Shown: positions 50,601 to 58,683, counted from the stretch's first letter. The stretch is DNA of 64,000 bases from Thermoplasmata archaeon (GCA_027314165.1 DAHVCH010000004.1:75784-139783); one strand, 5' to 3'. Numbers and translations are program-made. Notes: a model not told the origin generated them from the sequence alone.

Positions 50601-53600
50601 ACACGTTCAACGCGACCGACGGGAGCGGCCACGCCCGCCAGGCGACCTTCACGGTCACCCCGAGCCTGGTCGTGAGCCCGACCTCCGGCCCGGTCGGCAC
50701 CTGGGTCGGGCTCCAGGCCCACGGGTTTGCCGGGGGGTCGAGCGGGAGGATGTTCTACGCCGATCACTGGGGGAACCTCCACACGGTCTGTCAGGGCGTT
50801 CCCGTGGCGGCGAACGGGAGCTTCTCGTGCACGTGGGTCATCCCGCCGAGCACGGGATCGGTCGCGACCTTCTCGGCCGGTGACTCCTCGGGAAACCAAG
50901 CCATGGTTCTCTTCGATGTGACCCCCAGTCTCGTGACCTTCCCCGTCAGCGCGAGCTACGGCACCTCGGTGACCTGGTACGGGTCCGGGTACAACGGGGC
51001 CGGGCAGGCCGTCTCGATCTACTGGAGCGGCAACGGCACGCACGTCTGCACGGGGGTGGCCAACGTTTCCGGCAGCTTCACGTGCGGGTTCACCCTGCTC
51101 GAGGCGCCCTTCGGTCGTCTAGCCGTCAACACCACCGACGCCTACTTCGGGGCCTGGGGCATCGGCGCCCTGACCGTCTTGGAGTCGCTCTTCGTCTCGC
51201 CGACGAGCGGCCCGGTCGGTACGACCCTCACGGTCTACGGGTTCGGTTGGTACTCCGCCGATTTCCTGACCGTCCTCTGGGGCGGGCAGCTGACCATCTG
51301 CTCGCAGTGGGCGACCCTCGGCACCAACGGGACGTTCGTCTGCTCGATCGGGCAAGGGGCCGGTTTCACCGTACCCTCGACCCCCGCCGGACCGGTCGTG
51401 ATCCAAGCGAACGACAGGGTGGGGGGGAACGACCTCCTGGACACCGTGACCTTCACGGTCACGACCAACCTCGCCGTCTCCCTCACGGGGTCTCCCGCCC
51501 CCACCGACGTCGGCGTCGCGGCGACGTTCACGGCGGTGGCCTCCGGCGGCGCGGGATCGTACCCCAGCTACGCCTTCGACTTCGGCGACGGGTTCACCGC
51601 CTCGGGCACCTCGGCGACCGCCACGCACACCTACGCCCAGGCGGGGACCTATCCCGTCCGGGTGGTGGTCACGGACGCTTACGGCAGCCAGGTCTCGACG
51701 CTCTTCACCGAGGTCGTGAATGCGGCCCCTTCGGTCTCGGCCTCGGGCACCCCAGACCCCACGGACCTGAACGTCGCGCTCGCGTTCTCGGCGTCGGTGT
51801 CCGGCGGGACCGGAGCGGTCGGCTACCTGTGGAACTTCGGCGACCTCACGAGCAGCACCGCCGCCAACCCCACCCACCTCTACGCCGCCGGCGGCAGCTA
51901 CACGGTCACGCTGACCATCACCGATGCGGTCGGCGCCAAGGCGACCACGAGCTTCACGGTGGTCGTGAGCCCCGACCCCGTCGCTTCCTGGACCGCCTCC
52001 CCCACCACAACGGACCTGGGCATGGCGGTCGCCTTCTCCGGCAGCGTTAGCGGCGGGACCGGCCCGATCACCTACGCGTGGACGTTCGGGGACGGCGGAA
52101 CGGCGTCGGGGGCCTCGGCCGTCCATACCTACGTCTCCTCCGGGACCTTCACGACCGCGCTCACGGTGTGCGACGCGCTCCTGCGATGCTCCACCGCCAC
52201 CTCCCCCATCGTCGTGAACGCCCGACCCTCGGTCTCCGAGTCCATCTCCGCCGACCCGACCGATGCCGGGCTCGGGGTGGGCTTCACCGGGTCGGTGGCC
52301 GGAGGGACCGGCCCGTACAGCTGGTTCTGGACGTTCGGGGACGGGGCGACGAGCACGCTCGCCTCCCCCAGCCATGCGTACGCGACCCCCGGGTCCTACC
52401 TCGTGTCCTTGACCGTCACCGACGCGGTCGGGTCGAGCACTTCGGGCTCGAGCACCCTCACGGTCGTGGCGCTTCCCACCGTCTCCCCCGCGGCGACACC
52501 CACCACCACCGACGTCGGCCTCGGCGTGACCTTCGCCCCCGGGCTCGCGGGAGGGGTGGGTCCGTTCACCTACGCCTGGAACTTCGGGGACGCCACCACC
52601 TCGACGGCCGCCTCCCCGACGCACGCCTATGCGGCCTCCGGAAGCTACACCGTGTCGCTCCTGGTGACGGACAGCCTGGGCCGGAGCACGACGGGGACCC
52701 TCGCGGTCCGCGTGAACGCGCTCCCCTCGGTCGCACCCACGGCCACCCCAGGGACGACGGACGTGGGGATGGCGGTGGCCTTTGCGTCGTTCGCCTCCGG
52801 AGGGACCGGGACGCTCACCTACGCGTGGGAGTTCGGGGACGGGACGACCTCCGCTCTGGGGGACCCTTCGCATCCCTACGTCATAGGAGGGACCTACAGC
52901 GTCACGGTCACGGTGACCGACTCTCGGGGGGTCTCCACCACGGGCGCGGTCTCCGTCACCGTCAACTCGCTTCCCAGCGTCGTCGCCTCCGCTTCGCCGG
53001 ACCCCACGGACGTGGGGGTCGCCACCGCCTTCAGCGCGGTCGGTTCCGGCGGCACGGGGAGCCTGACCTACTCCTGGACGTTCGGCAACGGAGGTACCTC
53101 TGGCCTGCAGAACCCCACCTACGTGTACACCGCGAGCGGGACCTACACGGTCCGGTTGGTGGCGACCGACGCGATCGGCGGCTCAGGCTCCACGACCTTC
53201 ACGGAGCAGGTGAACGCCCAGCCTTCGGGCGTCGTCCTCTCCGCGAGCGCGGGGGCCCTTGACTACTGGCAGAGCACGAACCTCACCGTCTCCGCTTCGG
53301 GGGGAACGGGGAGCTACTCGTACAGCTACTCCGGGCTCCCGGCCGGCTGCGTGTCCGTGAGCGCGCCCACCCTCACCTGCTCGCCCCGGGCCCTGGGGAG
53401 CTTCTCGATCACGGTCACCGTGACGGACCCCGTGGGCGGTTCCGGGACGAGCAATGCCCTCTCCCTCATCGTCCGGGCGGATCCCTCGGTCTCGAGCCCC
53501 GTCGCGACCCCCGCCGCCGTCGATGTCTCCCAGACGACCTGGATCTCCGTGGTCCCCTCGGGAGGGTACGGAAGCTGGACCTACCTGTGGTCCGGGCTCC

Positions 53601-55441
53601 CCGGCGGCTGCCTCTCGGCCAACCTCGCGACGATCGCGTGCACGCCCACCGTGGCGGGGACCTACTCCGTCGGGCTCAGGGTCGTGGATGGACTCGGGGG
53701 CACGAACTCGAGCTCCGCGCTCGTGCTCGTGGTCTCGACCCTTCCATCGGTGGGCCTGCTCTCAGTAACTTCCAGCTCGATCGACGTCGGGCAGACGACG
53801 ACGCTGAGCGCGGCGGTCTCCGGCGGCGCTCGCTGGACCTCTCTCGCCTGGAACGGTCTCCCGCCGGGATGCCCGAGCTCCAATGCCTCGGTGCTTTCGT
53901 GCACCCCCACCTCTTCGGGGGTCTACGCGGTCTCGGTCACCGCGACGGACGCCAACGGCGGCTCGGCCTCCTCGACACCGTGGCCCCTTACCGTCTCCCC
54001 CGCGCTCGGCGGCCTCTCGCTCTCGCCCTCGACCACGACCCTCGATGTCGGGCAGGCCCTGGCGATCGTCGCGTCGGTCTCCGGTGGCTCGGGTGGGCTC
54101 CTCTGGAACTGGGCGGGGCTCCCCGCGGGGTGCTTCGGCTCGGCCCTAGCCTCCGTGAGCTGCGTTCCGACGGCCGCCGGGAGCACCAACGTCACGGTCA
54201 GCGTCTCCGACTCCAGCGGGGCGTCCCTCACCTCCTCCAAGGTGGCGATCACGGTCTTCACCGCGCTCATCGCGACCCCCGTGGCGGCCTCCGCAGGCTC
54301 GGTGGACCTGGGACGATCCCTCACGTTCTCGACCCAGGTGAGCGGGGGGGAAGCTCCCTACGTCTACACCTGGACCGGCCTCCCCGCCGGGTGCACCTCC
54401 GCGAACGCATCGCAGCTCTCCTGCACGCCGACCTCGGTCGGGAGCTACCAGGTGTCGATGGGAGCGAAGGACGCGAACGGCGATCGCGTGGACGCCGCCG
54501 CAGTCCCGGTGCAGGTGCTCTCCTCCCTCGGTACCCCGACGCTGGTCGCGACCCTCTCGACCCTCGAAGTTGGCCTCACGACCGACCTCGGCGTCTCGGT
54601 CTCGGGTGGCCATGGGCCGTACACCTACCTCTGGAGCGGGCTCCCCGTGGGGTGCGTCCCCGCGAACTCCCCGGCCCTCGCTTGCGCACCCACGTCAGCG
54701 GGAAGCGCCAGCGTAGCGGTCACGGTGACGGACGCGAACGGTGTGTCGACGCCCTCGAACGCGCTCGCCCTGTCGGTCGCTCTGCCGCTGTCCGTCACCG
54801 CCTCCTCGAACCGGACCGCGGCCTTCCCCATCGGGGGTTCGGTCGCCTTCCACGCCTCCGCCTCGGGCGGGGTGGGAACGGTCACCTACACCTGGTGGCT
54901 GAACGGGTCGCTCGTCCAAGGGGCGAGCACCGCGTGGCTCAACCTGACGGACCTCAAGGGCGGGACCTACGCCGTCGCGGTGACCGTGACGGACGGGGCA
55001 GGGGTGAAGGTCACGAGCGGCGCGGTCTCGGCGACCTCCGAGCTCAAGTCGTGGCAGATCACGGCCGCCGCCCCGGTCGGTCCGACCTCGTTCGAGTGGG
55101 CCCAGCTGCTGCTCTTGCTCATCCTGGCCGTCCTGGTGCTGCTCGGCCTGGTGCTTCTCCTGCTCCAACGCAGGCGGAGCCGACCTCCGAAGGAGGCCCC
55201 CAAGACCCGAGCTCGGCCCGCGCCGTCCGAAGCCCAAGTGGTCGCGGGCGGCGTCGTCGCGGCGCCTCCCCCCGCAGCGCCCCCAGCGCCCGCGCCAAGG
55301 TCCGAGGCCAAGGAGGCCCCCTCCCCCACCGAGCCCGCCCGCGGCAACGACTGGGAGGAGGACGACGAGCCTCACACCGACGAGATGCCCGGAGAGCCGA
55401 CCGGGACCGGGAACGACCTGCACATCGAGGACGGGGCGTAG
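47696..55441 (+). CDS. Giant modular surface protein (about 2581 aa): signal anchor, S/P linker, Ig-like units, YVTN propeller, IPT-like, PKD and GLPxGC repeat arrays, C-terminal TM and cytoplasmic tail
   Basis: This is the in-frame ATG within track ORF 47456..55441 (MTRDRSRLLSDQ...RWWRWVSVVIMLLMVTSALSATGLAG). Repeat families are listed as separate features. The C-terminal TM is WAQLLLLLILAVLVLLGLVLLLLQRRRSR, followed by a P/A/E-rich tail of about 90 aa. Confidence 0.9.
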   Translation: MTRDRSRLLSDQASVDHALTVHESPGRWWRWVSVVIMLLMVTSALSATGLAGHPASPKLPEGASPGSSVAPQGGSRLVAPVAGANAATNPTSSPPVSSRAPPGSSRSNPSASPHSGSPLSAAPSPPPAPVRPTSPSPPVTPQPPTPARASLDPASGHARRLAGPGSPETSSAISSWTLSSITGPLPATVTATGGGAVPSSTITFAASNPGEVVFTAAPCTASSAGAFSCSLTVTASPNTAQTFTANDGTGPVTSSNSFTAIPTWSLSPSTGTLPTPVTATGTGFASNAGVLFAATQPSQVSLSSSPCTSSATGSFSCALTVTAAPNIGETFTATTIATIPVATHPVGMAFDSANNAVYVANNGAGSVSVISEATGTVTATIAVGGATAGVGVDAATNTVYVSNWGTNSLDVIDGATNSLITTIPVGTTPDGVGVDSATDTIYVANWGSNSVSVIDGATNSVITVVPVGAGAGWLGVDSSTNTVYESNNNGQSVSVLNGATYAVIATIPVQNCPVQVGVDTGTNMVYVANYCSDTLSVISAATNSVTNVISGAVSPWGVWVNSATNTIYVTNNGAATLSLIDGATNSVTTTFGVGSQPEGVGMDPSTGTVFVANYGSNSVSVISAATTSSNAFTAAPSWSVSPTSGVLPVTLTATGTGFQPNAAITFAATTPAQVALTQTPCTSNAAGSFSCTLTVTASPNVAETFTAADGVNTVTSSNTFTATPSWSVSPTSGTLPATLTGTGTGFKPNAAITLAATNPTQVTFTQGPCTSSATGSFSCSLVVTAAPRLGETFTANDGTNTVTSSNTFTATSSLTLSVAAGVVGTALTVSGTGFAPGPGTVTVSWTDSNGNTASVCSGVVLSATGSFSCIGYTLPPSTFGIGTFAAGDSSGSTASTTFLILPAVLATPTTGSVGTVVTFSGNGFSPNSALTIAWSGNAFGSPTCPATTDGFGSFTCTPYTSPPMPTGTYTFNATDGSGHARQATFTVTPSLVVSPTSGPVGTWVGLQAHGFAGGSSGRMFYADHWGNLHTVCQGVPVAANGSFSCTWVIPPSTGSVATFSAGDSSGNQAMVLFDVTPSLVTFPVSASYGTSVTWYGSGYNGAGQAVSIYWSGNGTHVCTGVANVSGSFTCGFTLLEAPFGRLAVNTTDAYFGAWGIGALTVLESLFVSPTSGPVGTTLTVYGFGWYSADFLTVLWGGQLTICSQWATLGTNGTFVCSIGQGAGFTVPSTPAGPVVIQANDRVGGNDLLDTVTFTVTTNLAVSLTGSPAPTDVGVAATFTAVASGGAGSYPSYAFDFGDGFTASGTSATATHTYAQAGTYPVRVVVTDAYGSQVSTLFTEVVNAAPSVSASGTPDPTDLNVALAFSASVSGGTGAVGYLWNFGDLTSSTAANPTHLYAAGGSYTVTLTITDAVGAKATTSFTVVVSPDPVASWTASPTTTDLGMAVAFSGSVSGGTGPITYAWTFGDGGTASGASAVHTYVSSGTFTTALTVCDALLRCSTATSPIVVNARPSVSESISADPTDAGLGVGFTGSVAGGTGPYSWFWTFGDGATSTLASPSHAYATPGSYLVSLTVTDAVGSSTSGSSTLTVVALPTVSPAATPTTTDVGLGVTFAPGLAGGVGPFTYAWNFGDATTSTAASPTHAYAASGSYTVSLLVTDSLGRSTTGTLAVRVNALPSVAPTATPGTTDVGMAVAFASFASGGTGTLTYAWEFGDGTTSALGDPSHPYVIGGTYSVTVTVTDSRGVSTTGAVSVTVNSLPSVVASASPDPTDVGVATAFSAVGSGGTGSLTYSWTFGNGGTSGLQNPTYVYTASGTYTVRLVATDAIGGSGSTTFTEQVNAQPSGVVLSASAGALDYWQSTNLTVSASGGTGSYSYSYSGLPAGCVSVSAPTLTCSPRALGSFSITVTVTDPVGGSGTSNALSLIVRADPSVSSPVATPAAVDVSQTTWISVVPSGGYGSWTYLWSGLPGGCLSANLATIACTPTVAGTYSVGLRVVDGLGGTNSSSALVLVVSTLPSVGLLSVTSSSIDVGQTTTLSAAVSGGARWTSLAWNGLPPGCPSSNASVLSCTPTSSGVYAVSVTATDANGGSASSTPWPLTVSPALGGLSLSPSTTTLDVGQALAIVASVSGGSGGLLWNWAGLPAGCFGSALASVSCVPTAAGSTNVTVSVSDSSGASLTSSKVAITVFTALIATPVAASAGSVDLGRSLTFSTQVSGGEAPYVYTWTGLPAGCTSANASQLSCTPTSVGSYQVSMGAKDANGDRVDAAAVPVQVLSSLGTPTLVATLSTLEVGLTTDLGVSVSGGHGPYTYLWSGLPVGCVPANSPALACAPTSAGSASVAVTVTDANGVSTPSNALALSVALPLSVTASSNRTAAFPIGGSVAFHASASGGVGTVTYTWWLNGSLVQGASTAWLNLTDLKGGTYAVAVTVTDGAGVKVTSGAVSATSELKSWQITAAAPVGPTSFEWAQLLLLLILAVLVLLGLVLLLLQRRRSRPPKEAPKTRARPAPSEAQVVAGGVVAAPPPAAPPAPAPRSEAKEAPSPTEPARGNDWEEDDEPHTDEMPGEPTGTGNDLHIEDGA
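48215..48700 (+). repeat. Ig-like 264-nt (88-aa) coding repeat, units 1-2 of the giant gene (unit 2 interrupted)
   Basis: Unit 1 starts SSWTLSSITGPLPATVTATGGG, with its W codon at 48221. Unit 2 starts IPTWSLSPSTGTLPTPVTATGTGF, with its W codon at 48485. The spacing is exactly 264 nt. Both contain the PCTxSxxGxFSCxLTVTAxPN core. Confidence 0.8.
48701..49573 (+). repeat. Seven YVTN-type beta-propeller blades (about 126 nt each)
   Basis: There are seven consecutive units of about 42 aa. Examples are VGMAFDSANNAVYVANNGAGSVSVISEATGTVTATIAVGG and AGVGVDAATNTVYVSNWGTNSLDVIDGATNSLITTIPVGT, through to EGVGMDPSTGTVFVANYGSNSVSVISAAT. Confidence 0.85.
49601..50128 (+). repeat. Ig-like 264-nt coding repeat, units 3-4 (tandem, high nucleotide identity)
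   Basis: CCGTCCTGGTCCGT starts at 49601 and again at 49865, a period of 264 nt. The units read PSWSVSPTSGVLPVTLTATGTGFQPNAAITFAAT... and PSWSVSPTSGTLPATLTGTGTGFKPNAAITLAAT.... By eye they are roughly 80-85% identical at the DNA level. Confidence 0.85.
50129..51466 (+). repeat. Five IPT/TIG-like domains (about 88-90 aa each) with a conserved GSF(S/T)C motif
   Basis: Units begin LTLSVAAGVVGTALTVSGTGF, AVLATPTTGSVGTVVTFSGNGF, SLVVSPTSGPVGTWVGLQAHGF, SLVTFPVSASYGTSVTWYGSGY and SLFVSPTSGPVGTTLTVYGFGW. Each is followed by ...C...GSFxC.... Confidence 0.7.
51467..53225 (+). repeat. Seven tandem PKD domains (about 84 aa each)
   Basis: The PKD core W/FxFGDG...HxYxxxGxYxVxLxVxD recurs seven times: AFDFGDG, WNFGDL, WTFGDGG, WTFGDGA, WNFGDA, WEFGDG and WTFGNG. 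Confidence 0.9.
53226..55043 (+). repeat. Six GLPxGC-type Ig-like repeats plus one degenerate unit
   Basis: The recurrent core is (Y/W)xW(S/T/N/A)GLPxGC....L.C.PT..G.Y.V.V.V.D..G. Examples are YSGLPAGCVSVSAPTLTCSP, WSGLPGGCLSANLATIACTP, WNGLPPGCPSSNASVLSCTP, WAGLPAGCFGSALASVSCVP, WTGLPAGCTSANASQLSCTP and WSGLPVGCVPANSPALACAP. Confidence 0.8.
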
Positions 55442-55447
55442 GGGAAG

Positions 55448-55467
55448 GGCGGGGGTGCGCCCCCGCC
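55448..55467 (+). terminator. GC hairpin directly after the giant-gene stop (terminator candidate)
   Basis: GGCGGGGG-tgcg-CCCCCGCC forms an 8-bp stem starting 7 nt after the stop codon, followed by ...GGCCTTTCC. Confidence 0.3.
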
Positions 55468-55541
55468 TCCCTGGGCCTTTCCGCTCAGGGTCTCGCCGGG
55501 GGCCTTCGTCGTGCCCTTCGGCGGGCCGTCAGGTCGATCGA

Positions 55542-55614
55542 AGCCGAGGGAGGGAATCGAACCCCCAAGAAACAGATCTGCAGTCTGTCGCATTAACCAT
55601 TCTGCCACCTCGGC
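55542..55614 (-). tRNA. tRNA-Cys (anticodon GCA)
   Basis: I folded this by hand from the minus strand. The acceptor is GCCGAGG/CCTCGGC. The anticodon stem is ACAGA/TCTGT with loop CTGCAGA (GCA). The variable loop is TTCTT and the T arm is GGGGG-TTCGATT-CCCTC. The discriminator is U, which is the U73 Cys identity element. A TTATTG box lies about 30 nt upstream. Confidence 0.92.
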
Positions 55615-55673
55615 GCAGTCGTGCGGATGAGCGGCCCCCAATAAGGCCTCGGCGGTCCCACCGCCGCCCAAGG

Positions 55674-56351
55674 TCAGACCTGGGAGAAACCCCGGAGCAC
55701 CCGCTTGAACGCGTTCGTGGCCGAGATCTTGGCGCGTCCGGCCAGGTTCTGGCTGCGGCCCTCCGCCCGGACGCGTCCGTTGCGCAGGAGCTCCAGGAAA
55801 TCCTCCACCGACTCGACGTCCTCCTCCGTCTCCGTGTAGCAACGGCCGACGCTTCCCCGCTCGTGGGCGTCGCTGCCTCCCGTCACCGTGACGTGGCGCC
55901 GGGTCGCGACGAGCCCCGCCTTCGCGTTCGGGACGTCCGAGTTCCGCCCGTTCATCCCCTCGATGCCGGCGACCTCCGCCGCGTTCGCCACTTTCCGTCC
56001 CGCCCCATGCGCCCAACGGAAGGGGTGGGCGAGCACGGGGATCCCGTTCAGGCGTCGGACCTCTTCCAGGGTCTCCACGAGCGGACGGTGGGGGGCCGGG
56101 GCCCGCTCGACGCCGTAGACCAGCAGGTGACCCTCTCGGGTGGAAACCTCGACCCCGGGCACCAGCAGGAAGCCCCGGGTCCCCTCGAACGCCCGGCGGG
56201 CGCGCGCGAGAGCGGCCACGGAGTTGTGGTCGGTGATGGCGACCCCTCCGAGCCCCTGGACGAGGGCGTCGCGGAACACCTCCTCCACGGTCAGGAGCGA
56301 GTCGGGGGAGGCGGTGGTGTGGATGTGAAGGTCCAGCCGCGTGCCCGGCAT
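55674..56351 (-). CDS. PHP-domain metal-dependent phosphoesterase
   Basis: From ATG 56351 it reads MPGTRLDLHIHTTASPDS...VAITDHNS...PGVEVST...VLAHPF...GGSDAH, which are PHP motifs. Confidence 0.8.
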   Translation of the reverse strand: MPGTRLDLHIHTTASPDSLLTVEEVFRDALVQGLGGVAITDHNSVAALARARRAFEGTRGFLLVPGVEVSTREGHLLVYGVERAPAPHRPLVETLEEVRRLNGIPVLAHPFRWAHGAGRKVANAAEVAGIEGMNGRNSDVPNAKAGLVATRRHVTVTGGSDAHERGSVGRCYTETEEDVESVEDFLELLRNGRVRAEGRSQNLAGRAKISATNAFKRVLRGFSQV

Positions 56352-56373
56352 CGCCCGACCCCTGCCTCCCCGC

Positions 56374-58683
56374 CTACCGCACCTTCGCGCCCCCGGGCAG
56401 TGGGCGGTCCGGCACGAGGCAGCCTCCCGAGGAGAGGAGGAGCACCTCGGCGCGTCCGGGGCCCGCACGGTCGAGCCGGGCGATCACGCTCGGAGGGGCC
56501 CCGGGAGGGACCTCGCCGGAGAGGGGCCCTTCACCCGTCTCGATCGACCGGCCTTCGTGGGGGGTCGGAAGGACCGAGGCGACCACGAGACGCGCGCGGG
56601 CGAAGTCGTCGTACTGGATCCTGGGCGCCGGAGCGGTCACGTCGCGGAGCGCCGTTCCGGGCGGGGTGCCGTCGGGCGCGCGCAGCACGGCCACGACCTC
56701 CCCGGCCTCGGCGGCGAGGATCATCCCTTGCGAGGTCACCCCACGCAGGGGGCGGGGCTCGAGGTTCGCGAGCACGACGACGGTCTTCCCGCGGAGCTCC
56801 TCCGGACGGTAGAACGGCTTGATCCCGGCGACGAGCGTGCGGGGGGCCGCTTCGCCGAGGTCCACGGTGATGACGTAGAGCTTGTCGGCCTTCGGATGGT
56901 CGGCCACCTCCTTCACGAGACCGGCGCGGAGGTCCAGGACCGGCGGGGGACCGGTCGCGGGCGCCCCGGGCGCGGCGGAGGGTGGGGGGGCTCCCTTCGG
57001 GGCAGTGGGCCGCGCCGCCCCTCCCCCGCCCGCGGAGGGGGCGGCGGTCAGGAGCTTCGCAAAGAGCGGCGAGAGGGGGCCCAGACGGGTCCCGGGGACG
57101 GGAGGCTCGAGGGCCCGCGACCAGCTGCCGTTCGACACGAGCTCGGGCGTCCCCAGCATCTTGGCCACCCGCTCCGACGCGAAGGGCAGGAACGGAGCGA
57201 GGAGCACCGCCGTCGCCCGGACGACCCAGAGCGCCTCGTACACGGCGAGGTCCCGGCCTTCCCCCTGCTGCGACCAGGGCTTGGACTCGTGGAAGGCCCG
57301 GTTGCCTTCCCGAACCAGCTCCAGGGCCAGGTCGAGCGCTTCCTTGAGCTGGACGGCCTCGAACCGGGCCGTGGCGTCCCGGTGGGCCGCGAGGGTCCGC
57401 TGGCCGAGCTTGCTGCTCTCCGCCGACCACCCCGTCGGAGGGGCGGGGACCTTGCCCCCGTACCGGCCCTCCACGAAGGTGAGGACCCGGTGGACCAGGT
57501 TGCCCCACTGGTCGGCCAGGATCTGGTCGTGGTCCTGGGCGATGTCGCGGTAGTCGAACTCCGAGTCGTGGTTCTGCGGGGCGTGGTAGGCCGCGTAGAA
57601 CCGGACGGTGTCGGGGTCGTACCGCTGGAGCAGGTCCGGCAGGAAGACGGAGAGCGACGGGTCGGTCTCGGACTTCGAGAGCTTCTCCCCCCCGAAGTTC
57701 AGGAACTCGTTCGCCGGCATGTCGTAGGGGAGAGAGAACCCTCCGACCCCGAGCAGGATCGCCGGCCAGATCACCGTGTGGAAGGTGATGTTGTCCTTGC
57801 CCATGAACTGGTAGATGCGCGTGTCCTCCCCGGCCTCCCAGTACCTCCGCCAGGCCTCCGGGTCGCCCTTGCGCTGCGCCCACTCCTTCGTCGCGGAGAG
57901 GTAGCCGATCACGGCCTCGAACCAGACGTAGAGCCGCTTGTCGGGGTACCCGTCGAGCGGGAGCGGGACGCCCCAGGAGATGTCGCGCGTGATCGGCCGG
58001 GGCCGGAGCCCTTCCCGTACGTAGTTCTCGGTGAACGCCCGGACCGACGGGCGCCATCGGTCGCGGACCTGCAGGTGGTAGCGCTGCAAGGGCTCGGTCA
58101 GCTTCTGGAGCTGGAGGTAGAAGTGCTCCGTCGGTCGGAACTCCGCGGGAGTGCCGCAGGTCTTGCACCGGGGCCCCTTGAGCTCCTGGGGCTCCAGGAC
58201 CCGGGAGCAGCTCGGGCATTCGTCCCCGCGGGCCGAGGGGTTCCCGCAGTGGGGGCAGGTCCCGGTCACGTAGCGGTCGGGGAGGAACCGCCGGTGCTTC
58301 GGGCAGTACGCCACCTGGGCCGTCGCCTTCTCGATGAACCCTTCCTGCAGCAGCGTGAGGAAGAACTCCTGGGCCGTCCGGATGTGCAGCGGGGTGTGCG
58401 TCGTGGTGTACGTGTCGAAGCTCAGCCCCAGGCGCCGGAACGTCTCGGCGTTGATCCGGTGGTACCTCTCCGCGACGACCTCCGGATCGACCCCCTCCGC
58501 CTCCGCGCGCACCGTCGTTGGCGTGCCGTGCATGTCGGAGCCGGAGACCATGACCACCTCGTGGCCCTGGGCCCGGTGGTACCGGGCGAAGATGTCCGCC
58601 GGGAGGAGGTTCCCGGCGAGATGGCCCAGGTGCTGCGGCCCGTTGGAATAGGGCCACGCGACCCCGACGAGGATCCGTGACAT
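56374..58683 (-). CDS. metG: Methionyl-tRNA synthetase with C-terminal tRNA-binding (Trbp111/EMAPII-like) domain
   Basis: From ATG 58683 it reads MSRILVGVAWPYSNGPQHLGHL (HIGH motif). It has zinc knuckles CPKH..CPHCG..CPSC..CKTCG and the KMSKS-type motif GEKLSKSE. The C-terminal OB domain reads DLRAGLVKEVADHPKADKLYVITVDLG. Confidence 0.95.
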   Translation of the reverse strand: MSRILVGVAWPYSNGPQHLGHLAGNLLPADIFARYHRAQGHEVVMVSGSDMHGTPTTVRAEAEGVDPEVVAERYHRINAETFRRLGLSFDTYTTTHTPLHIRTAQEFFLTLLQEGFIEKATAQVAYCPKHRRFLPDRYVTGTCPHCGNPSARGDECPSCSRVLEPQELKGPRCKTCGTPAEFRPTEHFYLQLQKLTEPLQRYHLQVRDRWRPSVRAFTENYVREGLRPRPITRDISWGVPLPLDGYPDKRLYVWFEAVIGYLSATKEWAQRKGDPEAWRRYWEAGEDTRIYQFMGKDNITFHTVIWPAILLGVGGFSLPYDMPANEFLNFGGEKLSKSETDPSLSVFLPDLLQRYDPDTVRFYAAYHAPQNHDSEFDYRDIAQDHDQILADQWGNLVHRVLTFVEGRYGGKVPAPPTGWSAESSKLGQRTLAAHRDATARFEAVQLKEALDLALELVREGNRAFHESKPWSQQGEGRDLAVYEALWVVRATAVLLAPFLPFASERVAKMLGTPELVSNGSWSRALEPPVPGTRLGPLSPLFAKLLTAAPSAGGGGAARPTAPKGAPPPSAAPGAPATGPPPVLDLRAGLVKEVADHPKADKLYVITVDLGEAAPRTLVAGIKPFYRPEELRGKTVVVLANLEPRPLRGVTSQGMILAAEAGEVVAVLRAPDGTPPGTALRDVTAPAPRIQYDDFARARLVVASVLPTPHEGRSIETGEGPLSGEVPPGAPPSVIARLDRAGPGRAEVLLLSSGGCLVPDRPLPGGAKVR

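Noticed and set aside
48200-55050. Regularly spaced repeats that could be mistaken for a CRISPR array or satellite.
   Set aside because: The periods are 126, 252 and 264 nt, all in one open reading frame. They encode recognisable propeller, Ig and PKD domains. There are no short direct repeats with unique spacers anywhere in the window.
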